From IMG/VR virus record IMGVR_UViG_3300027037_000001: DNA of 38,757 bases, one strand, 5' to 3'. The translations under genes were made by a program, and so were the position numbers. Origin of the DNA: a virus. Numbering within the stretch: the first letter of the stretch is position 1; each line of letters starts with the position of its first letter. This document shows positions 20,907-30,497 of this stretch, in pieces. The notes under the pieces are model-generated. The model was not told where the DNA came from. It was given only the letters and a program-made list of their open reading frames with translations, and made no database searches.

Positions 20907-23240
20907 ATGGCTGACACCCCATCGCCGGTTGCCGACAAGGACTATTCGCGATACCTCGCGGAGATCGACCTTTACGCACAGAAGTCGCAGAAGTTCCGCG
21001 AGCGTGGCGACAAGATCATCCGTCGATACCTCGATGAGCGTTCCGATGCGTCCAAGCACTCGTCGAAGTTCAATGTCCTGTGGTCCAACACGGAGACGTT
21101 GCTGCCATCGTGTTACGCCAAGACGCCGGTGCCGATTGTCGAGCGTCGATTCAAGGACAAGGATCCCGTGGCGCGCTGGGCCTCCGAGGTGGTCGAGCGG
21201 GAACTCGCGTATTTCATGGACTGCGGACAGTTCTCGGCGACCATGGAGCAATGCGTGCTGGACAAGCTCCTGCCGGGCCGCGGGACGGCGTGGATACGGT
21301 ACGTGCCGAAACTCCGGCCGATGCAGGTCGATGGCAATGATCCCCAAGGGTCGGATGCCGGTCCCGACGGCGAGAAACCCGTTGATCGCCCGCCACCGGA
21401 AGAAGTGTATGACGAGGAAGTCGTCGTCGATTACGTGCACTGGAACGATTTCGGACACAACGTCTGCCGTACGTGGGATGAGGTGTGGATGGTCTGGCGC
21501 GAGGTGTTCCTTGACCGCGCCGAGTTAGCCCGCCGATTCGGCCGTACCGAGGGGAAGACAATCCCTCTGGACTGGTCGCCGAGCGGTTCGGGTGACCGTA
21601 AAGACGAGCCCGTACCGGATTCGACCAAGAAAGCCCGTATCTACGAAATCTGGGATAAGCGTCGCGGCCAGGCTGTCTGGCTGTCGCGTGGCGTGGATCA
21701 TTGCCTGGATATCATCGATGACCCGTTGTCGCTGCCTGGGTTCTTCCCCACGCCGCGCCCCATGTTCGCCACGCTGGCGAATAAGTCGATGCTGCCGGTG
21801 GCGTATTACACCGAGTACCAGGATCAGGCCATCGAGCTGGATAACCTGACGGGGCGTATCGCCGCGATCACCAAGGCGCTGAAGGTGGCCGGTGTATACG
21901 ATGTGTCGGCCGAGGGCATCCAGCGGCTGTTGAACGAAGGCACCGAGAATATGCTCGTGCCGGTGGAGCGGTTCCAGGCACTCAAGGACAAGGGCGGCAT
22001 CGCCGGCACGTTCGAACTGTGGCCGCTTGGCGAAATCGCCGATTCACTGATGACGCTCTATCAGGCCCGTGATCAGGTCAAAAACGACCTCTATGAAATT
22101 TCCGGCATGCCGGACATCATCCGCGGCGCGTCCGATCCACAGGAGACCGCGACGGCCCAGCGCATCAAGGGGTCGTTCGGATCCATGCGGCTACGAAAGA
22201 TGCAGGACGACGTCCAGCGATTCTGCCGCGACGTGCTGGTGCTCATGGGGAACGTGATCTCCAACCAGTTCTCATGGGAGACGCACCGGGCGATTTCCGG
22301 TGTGCAGCTGCTGTCCGAAAAGGAGAAGGCGGGATATCTGGCCGCGCTCCAGCAGTGGCAGGCCCAACAGCAACCGCCGCCGCCTCAGCCCGGTCAGCCA
22401 CCCGCACCGCCGCAGCCACATGGCAAGCCCCCCATCCCGGCCGACAAGATCGAGCTCCTGAACGAGCCCACATGGGAGCAGGTCGAAGCCCTTCTGAAGA
22501 ACGAATCCGCACGGGGCTTCCGGGTGGAGATCGAGACCGATTCGACCATCGGCGCCGACGACGAGATCGAGAAGAAACAGCGGATGGAGTTCCTCCAGAC
22601 GGCGCAGGGGCTTATCACCCAGGCGATGACCGCAGGCGAAAATACACCCGAGCTGGTCCCGATGACTATCGAAATGGTGATGTTCGGCTTGCGGTCGTTC
22701 AAGTCGGCGCGGACGCTGGAGGGTGCAATTGAGCAGACGCTTGACGCCCTGAAGGAGAAGGCTAAGAGCGGCGATCAGAAGCCCGACCCTGAGCAGCAGA
22801 AGCTTCAGGCGCAGACCCAGGCCGACCAGGCGAAGTTGCAGGGGCAGATGCAGCTTGAGCAGATGAAACAGCAGGGTGAGCAGCAGTCCACACAGATGAA
22901 GATCCAGGCTGATGCGGCGCTGGCCCAGCGCAATGCCGAGCTACAGAATCAGTTGGAAGCGTCCAAGCAACGCTTCCAGGCCGAGCAGGCCCAGCAGGAA
23001 ACCCAGCTTGAGGCCCAGCGTAACGAGGCGGAGAGGAACAACCTGATGATGATCGAACAGTTCAAGGTTCAGAAGCAGATGGAGCTTGAGCAGTTCAAGG
23101 CCCAGGTGGAACGGGACAAGGCCATCGCCATCGCCGAAATCAATGCTGCGGCGAAGGTAGAGGCAGCACGTGTCCAGGGAGTCAAGCAGGATCAGGGCGC
23201 CGCCGAGTTCGTCCAGGGGGCCAATGATGCCGCTGTATGA
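20907..23240 (+). CDS. Portal protein with long C-terminal Q/E/A-rich coiled-coil extension
   Basis: 777 aa. The N-terminal part is FNVLWSNTETLLPSCYAKTPVPIVERRFKDKD, which is portal-like. The call is also supported by its position after the terminase and before scaffold and capsid. Confidence 0.85.
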   Translation: MADTPSPVADKDYSRYLAEIDLYAQKSQKFRERGDKIIRRYLDERSDASKHSSKFNVLWSNTETLLPSCYAKTPVPIVERRFKDKDPVARWASEVVERELAYFMDCGQFSATMEQCVLDKLLPGRGTAWIRYVPKLRPMQVDGNDPQGSDAGPDGEKPVDRPPPEEVYDEEVVVDYVHWNDFGHNVCRTWDEVWMVWREVFLDRAELARRFGRTEGKTIPLDWSPSGSGDRKDEPVPDSTKKARIYEIWDKRRGQAVWLSRGVDHCLDIIDDPLSLPGFFPTPRPMFATLANKSMLPVAYYTEYQDQAIELDNLTGRIAAITKALKVAGVYDVSAEGIQRLLNEGTENMLVPVERFQALKDKGGIAGTFELWPLGEIADSLMTLYQARDQVKNDLYEISGMPDIIRGASDPQETATAQRIKGSFGSMRLRKMQDDVQRFCRDVLVLMGNVISNQFSWETHRAISGVQLLSEKEKAGYLAALQQWQAQQQPPPPQPGQPPAPPQPHGKPPIPADKIELLNEPTWEQVEALLKNESARGFRVEIETDSTIGADDEIEKKQRMEFLQTAQGLITQAMTAGENTPELVPMTIEMVMFGLRSFKSARTLEGAIEQTLDALKEKAKSGDQKPDPEQQKLQAQTQADQAKLQGQMQLEQMKQQGEQQSTQMKIQADAALAQRNAELQNQLEASKQRFQAEQAQQETQLEAQRNEAERNNLMMIEQFKVQKQMELEQFKAQVERDKAIAIAEINAAAKVEAARVQGVKQDQGAAEFVQGANDAAV

Positions 23241-23568
23241 CGCCAGGTGCCCGTCTTGCGGTACGGTGAAGGAATTCTTCGCCCGCATGGCGGAATCGCA
23301 CGTGACGCCCGAGTGCTGCGCCCAGCCGATGGTCCGGGTTTTCTCGGCACCGATGATCATGGGCGACTACGAGCCCTATCAGGCCGTGGCGATGGACAAG
23401 AAGACGGGCACCGCGCCCGTGATCACCTCCCGCCGACAGCACGTCGAGTTCCTTAAGCGGAACCACTACCGCATGCACGAAACAGACAGTCGCCCACGGG
23501 AGATTCAGGGCGATTTCAACGTACGCAAGGAGCTTACCGAAGCCACCAAAAAGGTTCTGGGGAACTAA
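23224..23568 (+). CDS. FmdB-like zinc-ribbon protein, 114 aa
   Basis: The product starts MMPLYDARCPSCGTVKEFFARMAE...PECC, matching the CxxC...CC FmdB/CxxC_CxxC_SSSS pattern. It overlaps the portal 3' end by 17 nt. Confidence 0.6.
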   Translation: MMPLYDARCPSCGTVKEFFARMAESHVTPECCAQPMVRVFSAPMIMGDYEPYQAVAMDKKTGTAPVITSRRQHVEFLKRNHYRMHETDSRPREIQGDFNVRKELTEATKKVLGN

Positions 23569-24621
23569 ATGAATACCGAAAATACCTCCGTGCAGGGCCT
23601 TGAAGACGAAGTCACCCCGCCCGTTGTCGAAGAAAAGTCGCTCCGTGACGAGCTGAGCGCAGCGGTCGAGCAGGCCGAAGCTCGTGCTCGCGATGAGCAG
23701 GGCCGGTTCACCCAGGCCGAGAAGGACGCCGCTTCGGCGAAGGTAGGCCAGCAGGTCGCCGCGGAGCAGGGCACACCGGTCCAATCCGACCAGAATGCCC
23801 AGGCAGCGGCGACCGGCCCGGCCTACCCCAATTCATGGAAGGCCGAGCACAAGGCCAAGTGGGACGCGCTACCTGTCGATGTCCGGCAGTACATCACCGA
23901 GCGCGAGCAGCAGATCCACCAGGGGATGACCCGGGCCGACGACGACCGCACCTTTGGGAAGTCGATGAAAGATGTGGTCTCGCCTTACATGGCGGTGATC
24001 CAGGCCGAGGGGTCGAATCCGCATGAAGCGGTGAAATCACTGCTCAACACAGCTTACGTGCTGCGGACCGCGCAACCCGCCCAAAAGGTGGAGTTGTTTG
24101 CTAACCTCATGCAGCAGTATAGTATTCACCCACAGGACTTGTTTAACCGTTTGCAGGGCGGAGCGCCCCGAATCGACCCCCAGGTATCAGCCTTGCAGCA
24201 ACGCCTGGACCAGATCGAGCAGGAGCGCCAGGCGGAGATTCAGAGCCGCCAGCAGACGGAGATTCAAGAAGCACACGGCACGATTGACGCATTTGCATCC
24301 CAGCCGGGACACGAGCATTTCGACAAGGTCCGATTCGTCATGGGCGTTTTCTTGCGAGATGGAGTGGCGAAGGACATGGAAGATGCTTACCAGCGTGCGG
24401 TTTATGCCGATCCCGATTTACGTTCCACGATGCTGGCTGCGAATTCGCAGTCCGAGCAGGCGAAACGGGTAGCCGATGCCCAGGCGAAAGCCGAGGCAGC
24501 GCGTAGGGCAGGTTCGTCGGTGTCTGGTTCACCGGGGACAGCATCCCCGGCAGCGGCCAAGAACGAGCGATCCCTACGAGAAGAACTGGAAGCGGCTTTT
24601 CAGAGCGCATCCAATGGCTGA
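23569..24621 (+). CDS. Scaffolding protein (putative)
   Basis: 350 aa, Q/A/E-rich and helical. It lies between the portal and major capsid genes. Confidence 0.6.
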   Translation: MNTENTSVQGLEDEVTPPVVEEKSLRDELSAAVEQAEARARDEQGRFTQAEKDAASAKVGQQVAAEQGTPVQSDQNAQAAATGPAYPNSWKAEHKAKWDALPVDVRQYITEREQQIHQGMTRADDDRTFGKSMKDVVSPYMAVIQAEGSNPHEAVKSLLNTAYVLRTAQPAQKVELFANLMQQYSIHPQDLFNRLQGGAPRIDPQVSALQQRLDQIEQERQAEIQSRQQTEIQEAHGTIDAFASQPGHEHFDKVRFVMGVFLRDGVAKDMEDAYQRAVYADPDLRSTMLAANSQSEQAKRVADAQAKAEAARRAGSSVSGSPGTASPAAAKNERSLREELEAAFQSASNG

Positions 24622-24650
24622 TCTAACCCCTCTTTCGTAAGGAGCCTACC

Positions 24651-25643
24651 ATGGCACTGCTCAACCCCTCTTCGGCGATGACCGAAATTGTCACCACGAC
24701 CCTGCGTAACCGCACGGGTAAGCTGGCCGACAACGTGACCAAGAACAACGCCCTTCTGCTCCGGCTGAAGAAGAAAGGTAACGTCAAGACTGTCTCCGGC
24801 GGACGCACCATCGTGCAGGAACTGGAATACGCCGAGAACGGTACGTTCAAGCGTTACTCCGGTTACGAGGCGCTGAACATCAGCCCGTCCGACGTCTTTA
24901 CGGCGGCTGAGTACAACTACGCCCAGGCGGCAGTGGCCGTGTCGATTTCGGGTCTGGAGATGCTCCAGAACTCCGGGCCGGCAGCGATCATCGATCTTCT
25001 CGAAAGCCGCATCAAGAATGCCGAGAAAACCCTCGTCAACAACATCGCGCTGGATTGCTACAGCGATGGTTCGGCGGATGGTGGTCGTCAGATCGGTGGC
25101 CTCGCCCTGCTAGTGGACTCCACCCCGGCGACAGGTGTGGTGGGCGGCATCGACGCCTCCACGACCATCGGCACGTTCTGGCGCAACAAGGCGTTCAGCG
25201 CATCGGCCAACGGCGGCGCCCCGGCAACGGCGGCGAACATCCAGTCGTATATGAACCAAATGTGGGTTCAGTTGGTGCGCGGCACCGACAAACCGGATCT
25301 CATCGTGGCGGACAACAACTACTGGCGACTGTACCTGGAATCGCTCCAGGCGATCCAGCGCGTCAAGGCCGACGATGACATGGCGGATGCTGGGTTCTCT
25401 GCGCTGAAGTATATGGACGCCGATGTAGTTATGGACGGCGGCTACGGCGGCGGCGCTCCGACGAACACCATGTATTTCCTCAACACCGACTATCTGTACC
25501 TGCGCCCGCACGTGGATCGTTTCTTCGTGCCGCTGGGTGACGATCGTTTCGCGGTGAACCAGGACGCGATGGTCAAGCTGGTGGGTTTCGCTGGCAACAT
25601 GACCGTCTCGAACCGCTTCCTCCAGGGCGTTCTTTTCGCCTAA
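24651..25643 (+). CDS. Major capsid protein
   Basis: 330 aa with a strong AAGGAG RBS. The N-terminal pattern is TTTLRNRTGKLADNVTKNNALLLRLKKKGNVKTVSGGRTI.QELEYAEN..FKRYSGYE, typical of HK97-fold coat proteins of podo- and siphoviruses. Its position supports the call. Confidence 0.85.
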   Translation: MALLNPSSAMTEIVTTTLRNRTGKLADNVTKNNALLLRLKKKGNVKTVSGGRTIVQELEYAENGTFKRYSGYEALNISPSDVFTAAEYNYAQAAVAVSISGLEMLQNSGPAAIIDLLESRIKNAEKTLVNNIALDCYSDGSADGGRQIGGLALLVDSTPATGVVGGIDASTTIGTFWRNKAFSASANGGAPATAANIQSYMNQMWVQLVRGTDKPDLIVADNNYWRLYLESLQAIQRVKADDDMADAGFSALKYMDADVVMDGGYGGGAPTNTMYFLNTDYLYLRPHVDRFFVPLGDDRFAVNQDAMVKLVGFAGNMTVSNRFLQGVLFA

Positions 25644-25665
25644 TCAACGTCAAGGAGTTACGATC

Positions 25666-26241
25666 ATGGCATACACGTCCTATGACCCGATTCTGGGTAC
25701 TGTCAATTTCACTGACGTCGATCCCGTTGGACCGGGTCCCTACGGTCTGGTGACCGGTGGGCCGCTCGGTGCGGGTCGTCAGTCGTTCTATCTTGAAGAG
25801 GTTCGCGGCAACGACGGCAACCTCGGCGGCGGCACGTTCCAGTACGTGAAGTTTGGCGCCACACTCACTCCGGGCCAGTGGGTCCAGTTCGTGGACACCG
25901 TTACGGCTGGTCAGATCGTGACGACCGTCATCGCGTGGACCGGCACGGCCATTACCGGCCAGCCGCTCGGCGTCGTCGTCACCGGCGGCACGAACGCCCA
26001 GTGGGGCTGGGTGCAGGTCCAGGGCAACGCGATTGCCGCGGTATCCGGCTCCCCCACGGCCAACGGTCCGGTGTACTGGCAGGCGGCGGGTGTCGTCTCG
26101 TCCACCCCGGTAGCGTCCAAGCAGGTCGTCAACGCCCAGTTCGCCTCGACGAACAACGTGGTGATCGGCGGCGCTGCGATCGGTGCTGGATTCGCGATCG
26201 TGCAGCTGAACCGCCCGTATGCCCAGGGCGCCATCACCTGA
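25666..26241 (+). CDS. Head decoration/cement protein (DUF2190-like, putative)
   Basis: 191 aa with an AAGGAG RBS, immediately after the capsid gene. It is G/V/T-rich and contains ...GQPLGVVVTGG...GWVQVQG... Confidence 0.55.
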   Translation: MAYTSYDPILGTVNFTDVDPVGPGPYGLVTGGPLGAGRQSFYLEEVRGNDGNLGGGTFQYVKFGATLTPGQWVQFVDTVTAGQIVTTVIAWTGTAITGQPLGVVVTGGTNAQWGWVQVQGNAIAAVSGSPTANGPVYWQAAGVVSSTPVASKQVVNAQFASTNNVVIGGAAIGAGFAIVQLNRPYAQGAIT

Positions 26242-26254
26242 TGTACCGCAACAA

Positions 26255-26284
26255 AGGGGCTGGCATGTGCTGGCCCCTTCTTTC
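26255..26284 (+). terminator. Rho-independent terminator after the capsid/decoration genes
   Basis: The sequence is AGGGGCTGGC-ATGT-GCTGGCCCCT. This gives a 10-bp stem (including two G:U pairs) and a 4-nt loop, followed by TCTTTC. Confidence 0.5.
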
Positions 26285-26301
26285 AACCATGAGGAACCAC
26301 C

Positions 26302-26910
26302 ATGAGCCTCGCATCACCCCGTAACATCGACGCCAATACCAAGAACGGTACCATGGCGCAACACGGTGACGACAGCGGATTGTACGTCGAGTTTTCCATG
26401 GAAGCGTTCCATCATCCGTTCAAGAGCGAGCAGGAAGGCCGTCCCGTTTTCGAGGACCGCCCTTACATCAAGATCTTCTACCCCGGCGACAGCACCAAGC
26501 GCACGGAGCGTTGGGTCGATGAATCCGACAAGGACCGCTTCCCGCGCCAGTGGGCCGCGTTCCAGTCGCAGGAATCCCAGCAGAACGTTGGCCTTGCGGT
26601 CACCGAGTGGCCCCCGCTGACGAAGTCCCAGGCGCAGGAATTGAAGGCGCTGAACATCCATACCGTGGAGCAGCTTGCCGCGGTGCCGGATGGACAGCTT
26701 GCCGTGCTGGGCGCGCGCGAACTGATCAACAAAGCCAAGATGTGGCTGTCGCAAGCGGACTCGCATGTGACGGAGTCACGCCTGGCATCAGAAAACGAAT
26801 CGCTCCGTGCCGAAATCGAAGCGCTTCGCAAGCAGATGCAGGACATCGCCGCCCGGACCACGACGAACGAGCAGCAGATCAAGCTCAAAGACGTTTCTCA
26901 TCTCAAGTAG
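26302..26910 (+). CDS. Conserved-looking phage protein with helix-hairpin-helix-like segment and C-terminal coiled coil
   Basis: 202 aa with a GAGGAA RBS. Contains ...RPVFEDRPYIKIFYPGD...RFPRQWAAF...WPPLTKSQAQELKALNIHTVEQLAAVPDGQLAVLG... Confidence 0.6.
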   Translation: MSLASPRNIDANTKNGTMAQHGDDSGLYVEFSMEAFHHPFKSEQEGRPVFEDRPYIKIFYPGDSTKRTERWVDESDKDRFPRQWAAFQSQESQQNVGLAVTEWPPLTKSQAQELKALNIHTVEQLAAVPDGQLAVLGARELINKAKMWLSQADSHVTESRLASENESLRAEIEALRKQMQDIAARTTTNEQQIKLKDVSHLK

Positions 26911-26921
26911 GAGTAACACCG

Positions 26922-27278
26922 ATGGCCTTCGGAAAAGCACTTACCGGCTCCGGCTTCGCGCCGTTGCAGGCGACCAACGTCATCGGGAACCTCGACCCGG
27001 CGATCACGGCGCTCGGCAACTCCAACGTGACGGCCTACCAGATGGGCTTGGGTAATTCCAAGTTCACTACCACCGCCGCCTCCACGGGCGGCATTCTTCC
27101 TTCGGGCTGCTCCCCTGGAGATACCGCTCTGGTGTCGAATGATGGGGCTAATGCGCTGACGGTGTACCCGCCGGTTGGCGGCACGATCAATGCGGGCGCT
27201 TCGATTTCCGTGGCCGCTGCTGGCTGGGCCATTCTCACATGCTGGTCGGCCGATGGTCTGGTGTGGAAGTCGAAGTAA
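26922..27278 (+). CDS. Small beta-rich protein, 118 aa (related to 20257..20628)
   Basis: Uses the internal ATG of ORF 26550..27278, after an AGGAG RBS. Contains ...GILPSGCSPGDTALVSNDGANALTVYPPVGGTINAG...SADGLVW. Confidence 0.6.
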   Translation: MAFGKALTGSGFAPLQATNVIGNLDPAITALGNSNVTAYQMGLGNSKFTTTAASTGGILPSGCSPGDTALVSNDGANALTVYPPVGGTINAGASISVAAAGWAILTCWSADGLVWKSK

Positions 27279-27304
27279 CCCAACGATAGAGCGGAGATAA
27301 CAAC

Positions 27305-28297
27305 ATGGCGGTGATGGGTCAGATCGTCGGCAACGCACCAAACGCCGCCAAGTTGAATCTCTTGCAGATGGTGCAGCAGGCTTGCAATGAATTGGGCCTG
27401 CTTGCGCCATCGTCCGTGATCGGAAACACCGATCAGCAGGTGATTCAGCTTCTTGCCTTGGCGAATCGAGAGGCGCGCGACACCTTTCAGGAAGGAACCG
27501 GTATCGGTGGCTGGCAGGCACTTCGGGCCCGCTACCGATTCAACGTGCAGTCCACGGGCGTGCAAAGCGTTTCCGTGACGACCGGATCCAACATCGTTGA
27601 CTTCCTCACGATACCTGCAACTGCTCCGCAAATTGGCTGGGAAGTATCCGTGTCGAACGGATCCAATGCGGGGATTTTTACCAATGGCACGACGATCACG
27701 GCCATCAATTCGCCGACCGAAGTTGTCGTCTCCACGAATGCGATGATCACCTCATCCAATACCACGCTGGCGTTCGGCCAGGCGTCGTACCCATTCCCCG
27801 CAGACGTCGATCATCTGATGCCGTCCACGTTCTGGGATCGGTCGATGCGCTGGCAGATAGAGGGTCCGCTGAGCCCGCAGGATTGGCAATCGCTGAAGTC
27901 AGGAATCATCGTGTCAGGTCCGCGTCGGCGATACCGCGTGATGGACGGATCGTTCTGGCTTGATCCTGTCCCTGCCGACAATAACCAGCTTGAGTATGAG
28001 TATTACTCGTACAACTACGCTATGTCGGCCTCTGGAGCCGCCCAGTCACGGTTTCTCGTAGACACGGATATCTATCTACTGGATGACGACACCATGATTA
28101 TGGGTCTTATTTGGCGATTCCGTAGGGCGAAGGGTCTAGACTATGCGCAGGAGCAGGACGCCTGGATGAATTCCGTTGACCGCTACAAGTCCCGGCAGGC
28201 ATCAGCAAAGAACCTGCCCATCAATGCGACGGTTCTGGATTACCCCCAGTTTATTGGTGTGGCTAATATCCCTGACACAGGATTTGGCATATCGTGA
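27305..28297 (+). CDS. Putative head-tail adaptor / tail tubular protein A-like structural protein
   Basis: 330 aa. The N-terminal part, LNLLQMVQQACNELGLLAPSSVIGNTDQQVIQLLALANREARD, is a pattern I associate with podovirus adaptor proteins. The function is inferred mostly from position. Confidence 0.6.
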   Translation: MAVMGQIVGNAPNAAKLNLLQMVQQACNELGLLAPSSVIGNTDQQVIQLLALANREARDTFQEGTGIGGWQALRARYRFNVQSTGVQSVSVTTGSNIVDFLTIPATAPQIGWEVSVSNGSNAGIFTNGTTITAINSPTEVVVSTNAMITSSNTTLAFGQASYPFPADVDHLMPSTFWDRSMRWQIEGPLSPQDWQSLKSGIIVSGPRRRYRVMDGSFWLDPVPADNNQLEYEYYSYNYAMSASGAAQSRFLVDTDIYLLDDDTMIMGLIWRFRRAKGLDYAQEQDAWMNSVDRYKSRQASAKNLPINATVLDYPQFIGVANIPDTGFGIS

Positions 28298-30063
28298 TGA
28301 AGACGCGCCCTTCCCGCCAGTCGGTTATCACGACCAAATCTGTCCCTGCTCCAGTGGGCGGGCTGAACGCACTTAACTCCATCGCGGACATGCCTCCCAC
28401 CGACGCGCTGGTGATGGATAATTGGTTTCCGACCCCTTCAGGGATATCCGTTCGAGGAGGATCACTCGACTGGTCTACCGGCATGTCGGGGCCTGTAGAG
28501 ACCATCATGACCTACAACGGATCGACGGGGGCGAAGATGTTCGCTGCGGCCGGGGGGATTATTTACGATATCACCACTGCTGGTTCGGCTGCTGCGTCCA
28601 TTGTCCAGGGGCAAGCAAGTAACCGATGGTCTTACGCCAACTTTGGCACGGCTGGAGCGCAGTATCTTTTAGCCGTCAACGGAGTTGACCTTGGACGTAT
28701 CTGGAATGGGTTCCAGTGGCAGCTTTACAACTCTGGCCTTGGGCTAAATATCGCGTCAATCACCGCATCTGGCTCAACGGCAACATTGACGACGACTGGC
28801 CTGCATGGCTTGGCTACAGGTGTTACGGTGACGATTAGCGGGGCTGTCCCAGCGGCCTATAATGGGGTCTACCAGATTACCGTGACCGGACCCACGACGT
28901 TCCAATACGCGCTTCAGTCATTACCTGGCGGAAACGCGACGACGGTTGGCTCTTTGGCGGTGACGCCAGGCATACAAGGCATCGCATCCAATTTGTTGAC
29001 TTACGTCACGTCGTTCAAGAGCAGACTGTATTTTGTTGAAAAGAATTCGTTCCGTGTCTGGTACTTGCCTGTAGGTCAGGCAGGAGGAAATGCTGTCGTT
29101 TTCGACATGTCTTCCGTGTTCAAGCTTGGAGGGAATCTCGTATGCATGCAGTCGTGGAACATTGATACGGTCGCAGGTCCTAACGACTATTTTGCCTTCT
29201 TCTCCAACAAAGGTGAAGTTGTCGTTTACAACGGATTCGATCCATCCCAAACGGCGACATGGGGTCTGGTTGGCGCATTCCGTATTGGCAGGCTTGCTGC
29301 GGGGAATAGATCGGTAACGAAGGTGGGGTCAGATTTATACTGCATCACTGTGGATGGAGTTGTTCCTCTTTCAAAGGCGATGCTTGTCGATAGATCGCAA
29401 GGAAACTTTGCAGTTTCTGCGAAGATAGACAACCTTCTTAACACGGATGTGGCAACGTATAACGGGTTCGGTTGGCAGATCGTCCTTTACCCGGTGGGTA
29501 ACAAGATCCTCATCAATGTCCCATTTGTCGAGAACACGAGTCAGTACCAATACGTGTGCAACACGATCACCGGGTCATGGTGCATTTTTAGAAACTGGAA
29601 CGCGAACTGCTGGGAAATCATGAATGACATGTTGTTCTACGGAACAACAGGGAAAGTTGTTCGCGCTGATGTTGGGTTTACCGACAACGGTGTTGGAATC
29701 ATCACTGACCTGAAGCCTGCCTTCTCGGCATTTGATGCCCCAGGCGCAAACAAGCAATTCACTATGGCGCGACCGATCTTCCAAGGTTCTGGTGTCGTAG
29801 GAATAAGCGCGGTATTGAACGTAGATTTCAGGGATGCTCAGCCATCGTCAGCGCTTAATCTCCCTCCCCAGGCCAACGTGTCTTTCTGGAATGTCGCCAT
29901 GTGGAACGTATCCTACTGGTCCATCGATGGGCAGATAAACATTAATTGGCAGTCCGTGGCTGGAATCGGATATCAGGCGTCCTACCGGATGAAGACGATA
30001 TCCAAGACGGAATGCTCCTTGCTTGCGCTTGATTACGGGTATCAGATAGGGGGTATTTACTGA
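28294..30063 (+). CDS. Putative tail tubular protein B / nozzle-like structural protein
   Basis: 589 aa with an ATGA overlap. The N-terminal part is PAPVGGLNALNSIADMPPTDALVMDNWFP. The function is inferred from size and position. Confidence 0.65.
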   Translation: MMKTRPSRQSVITTKSVPAPVGGLNALNSIADMPPTDALVMDNWFPTPSGISVRGGSLDWSTGMSGPVETIMTYNGSTGAKMFAAAGGIIYDITTAGSAAASIVQGQASNRWSYANFGTAGAQYLLAVNGVDLGRIWNGFQWQLYNSGLGLNIASITASGSTATLTTTGLHGLATGVTVTISGAVPAAYNGVYQITVTGPTTFQYALQSLPGGNATTVGSLAVTPGIQGIASNLLTYVTSFKSRLYFVEKNSFRVWYLPVGQAGGNAVVFDMSSVFKLGGNLVCMQSWNIDTVAGPNDYFAFFSNKGEVVVYNGFDPSQTATWGLVGAFRIGRLAAGNRSVTKVGSDLYCITVDGVVPLSKAMLVDRSQGNFAVSAKIDNLLNTDVATYNGFGWQIVLYPVGNKILINVPFVENTSQYQYVCNTITGSWCIFRNWNANCWEIMNDMLFYGTTGKVVRADVGFTDNGVGIITDLKPAFSAFDAPGANKQFTMARPIFQGSGVVGISAVLNVDFRDAQPSSALNLPPQANVSFWNVAMWNVSYWSIDGQININWQSVAGIGYQASYRMKTISKTECSLLALDYGYQIGGIY

Positions 30064-30497
30064 TGCCTTACTGCGTCTTTGGGCAGAAGGAATTCGTCGC
30101 CAAGTGGATGGCCGGCCGGATCCCCGGCATGGAAATCGATGACGGCCTGAGCTACGAGGCCATCGGGGTATGTTCGGATAAGGGTGAACTGATCGCTGGC
30201 GTACTGTTCAACCACTATACCGGGCATGACATATCTATGCATATTGCGGCTTTGCGTGGTAGGCTATGGGCAACGCCGGGAGTCATTTCGACGATCTTCG
30301 GCTACCCGTTCAACCAGCTTCAGTGTCGTCGCGTAACGGGGTTCGTCTCAGCCAGAAACGTCGCAACCATCGCTTTCGACAAGAAAGCCGGTTTCGTCGA
30401 AGAGGGCAGGTTAAGGGATGCGACTCCGGAAGGCGACATGATCATTCTCGGCATGACTCGCAACGAGTGCCGATGGCTGGGGAATCAAGATGGGTAA
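30063..30497 (+). CDS. GNAT-family N-acetyltransferase
   Basis: 144 aa. The segment CRRVTGFVSARNVATIAFDKKAGFVEEGRLRDATPEGDMIILGMTRNE matches the RimJ/RimL-type GNAT C-terminal core. It is coupled by a TGATG overlap upstream and an 8-nt overlap downstream. Confidence 0.75.
   Translation: MPYCVFGQKEFVAKWMAGRIPGMEIDDGLSYEAIGVCSDKGELIAGVLFNHYTGHDISMHIAALRGRLWATPGVISTIFGYPFNQLQCRRVTGFVSARNVATIAFDKKAGFVEEGRLRDATPEGDMIILGMTRNECRWLGNQDG

Noticed and set aside
20772-21458. 228-aa minus-strand ORF over the portal 5' region; similar cases at 25573..26286, 26898..27631, 23182..23784 and 31120..31689
   Set aside because: All are antisense to recognisable structural genes. All lack RBS or start context, and their compositions are Arg/Pro/Gly-rich.
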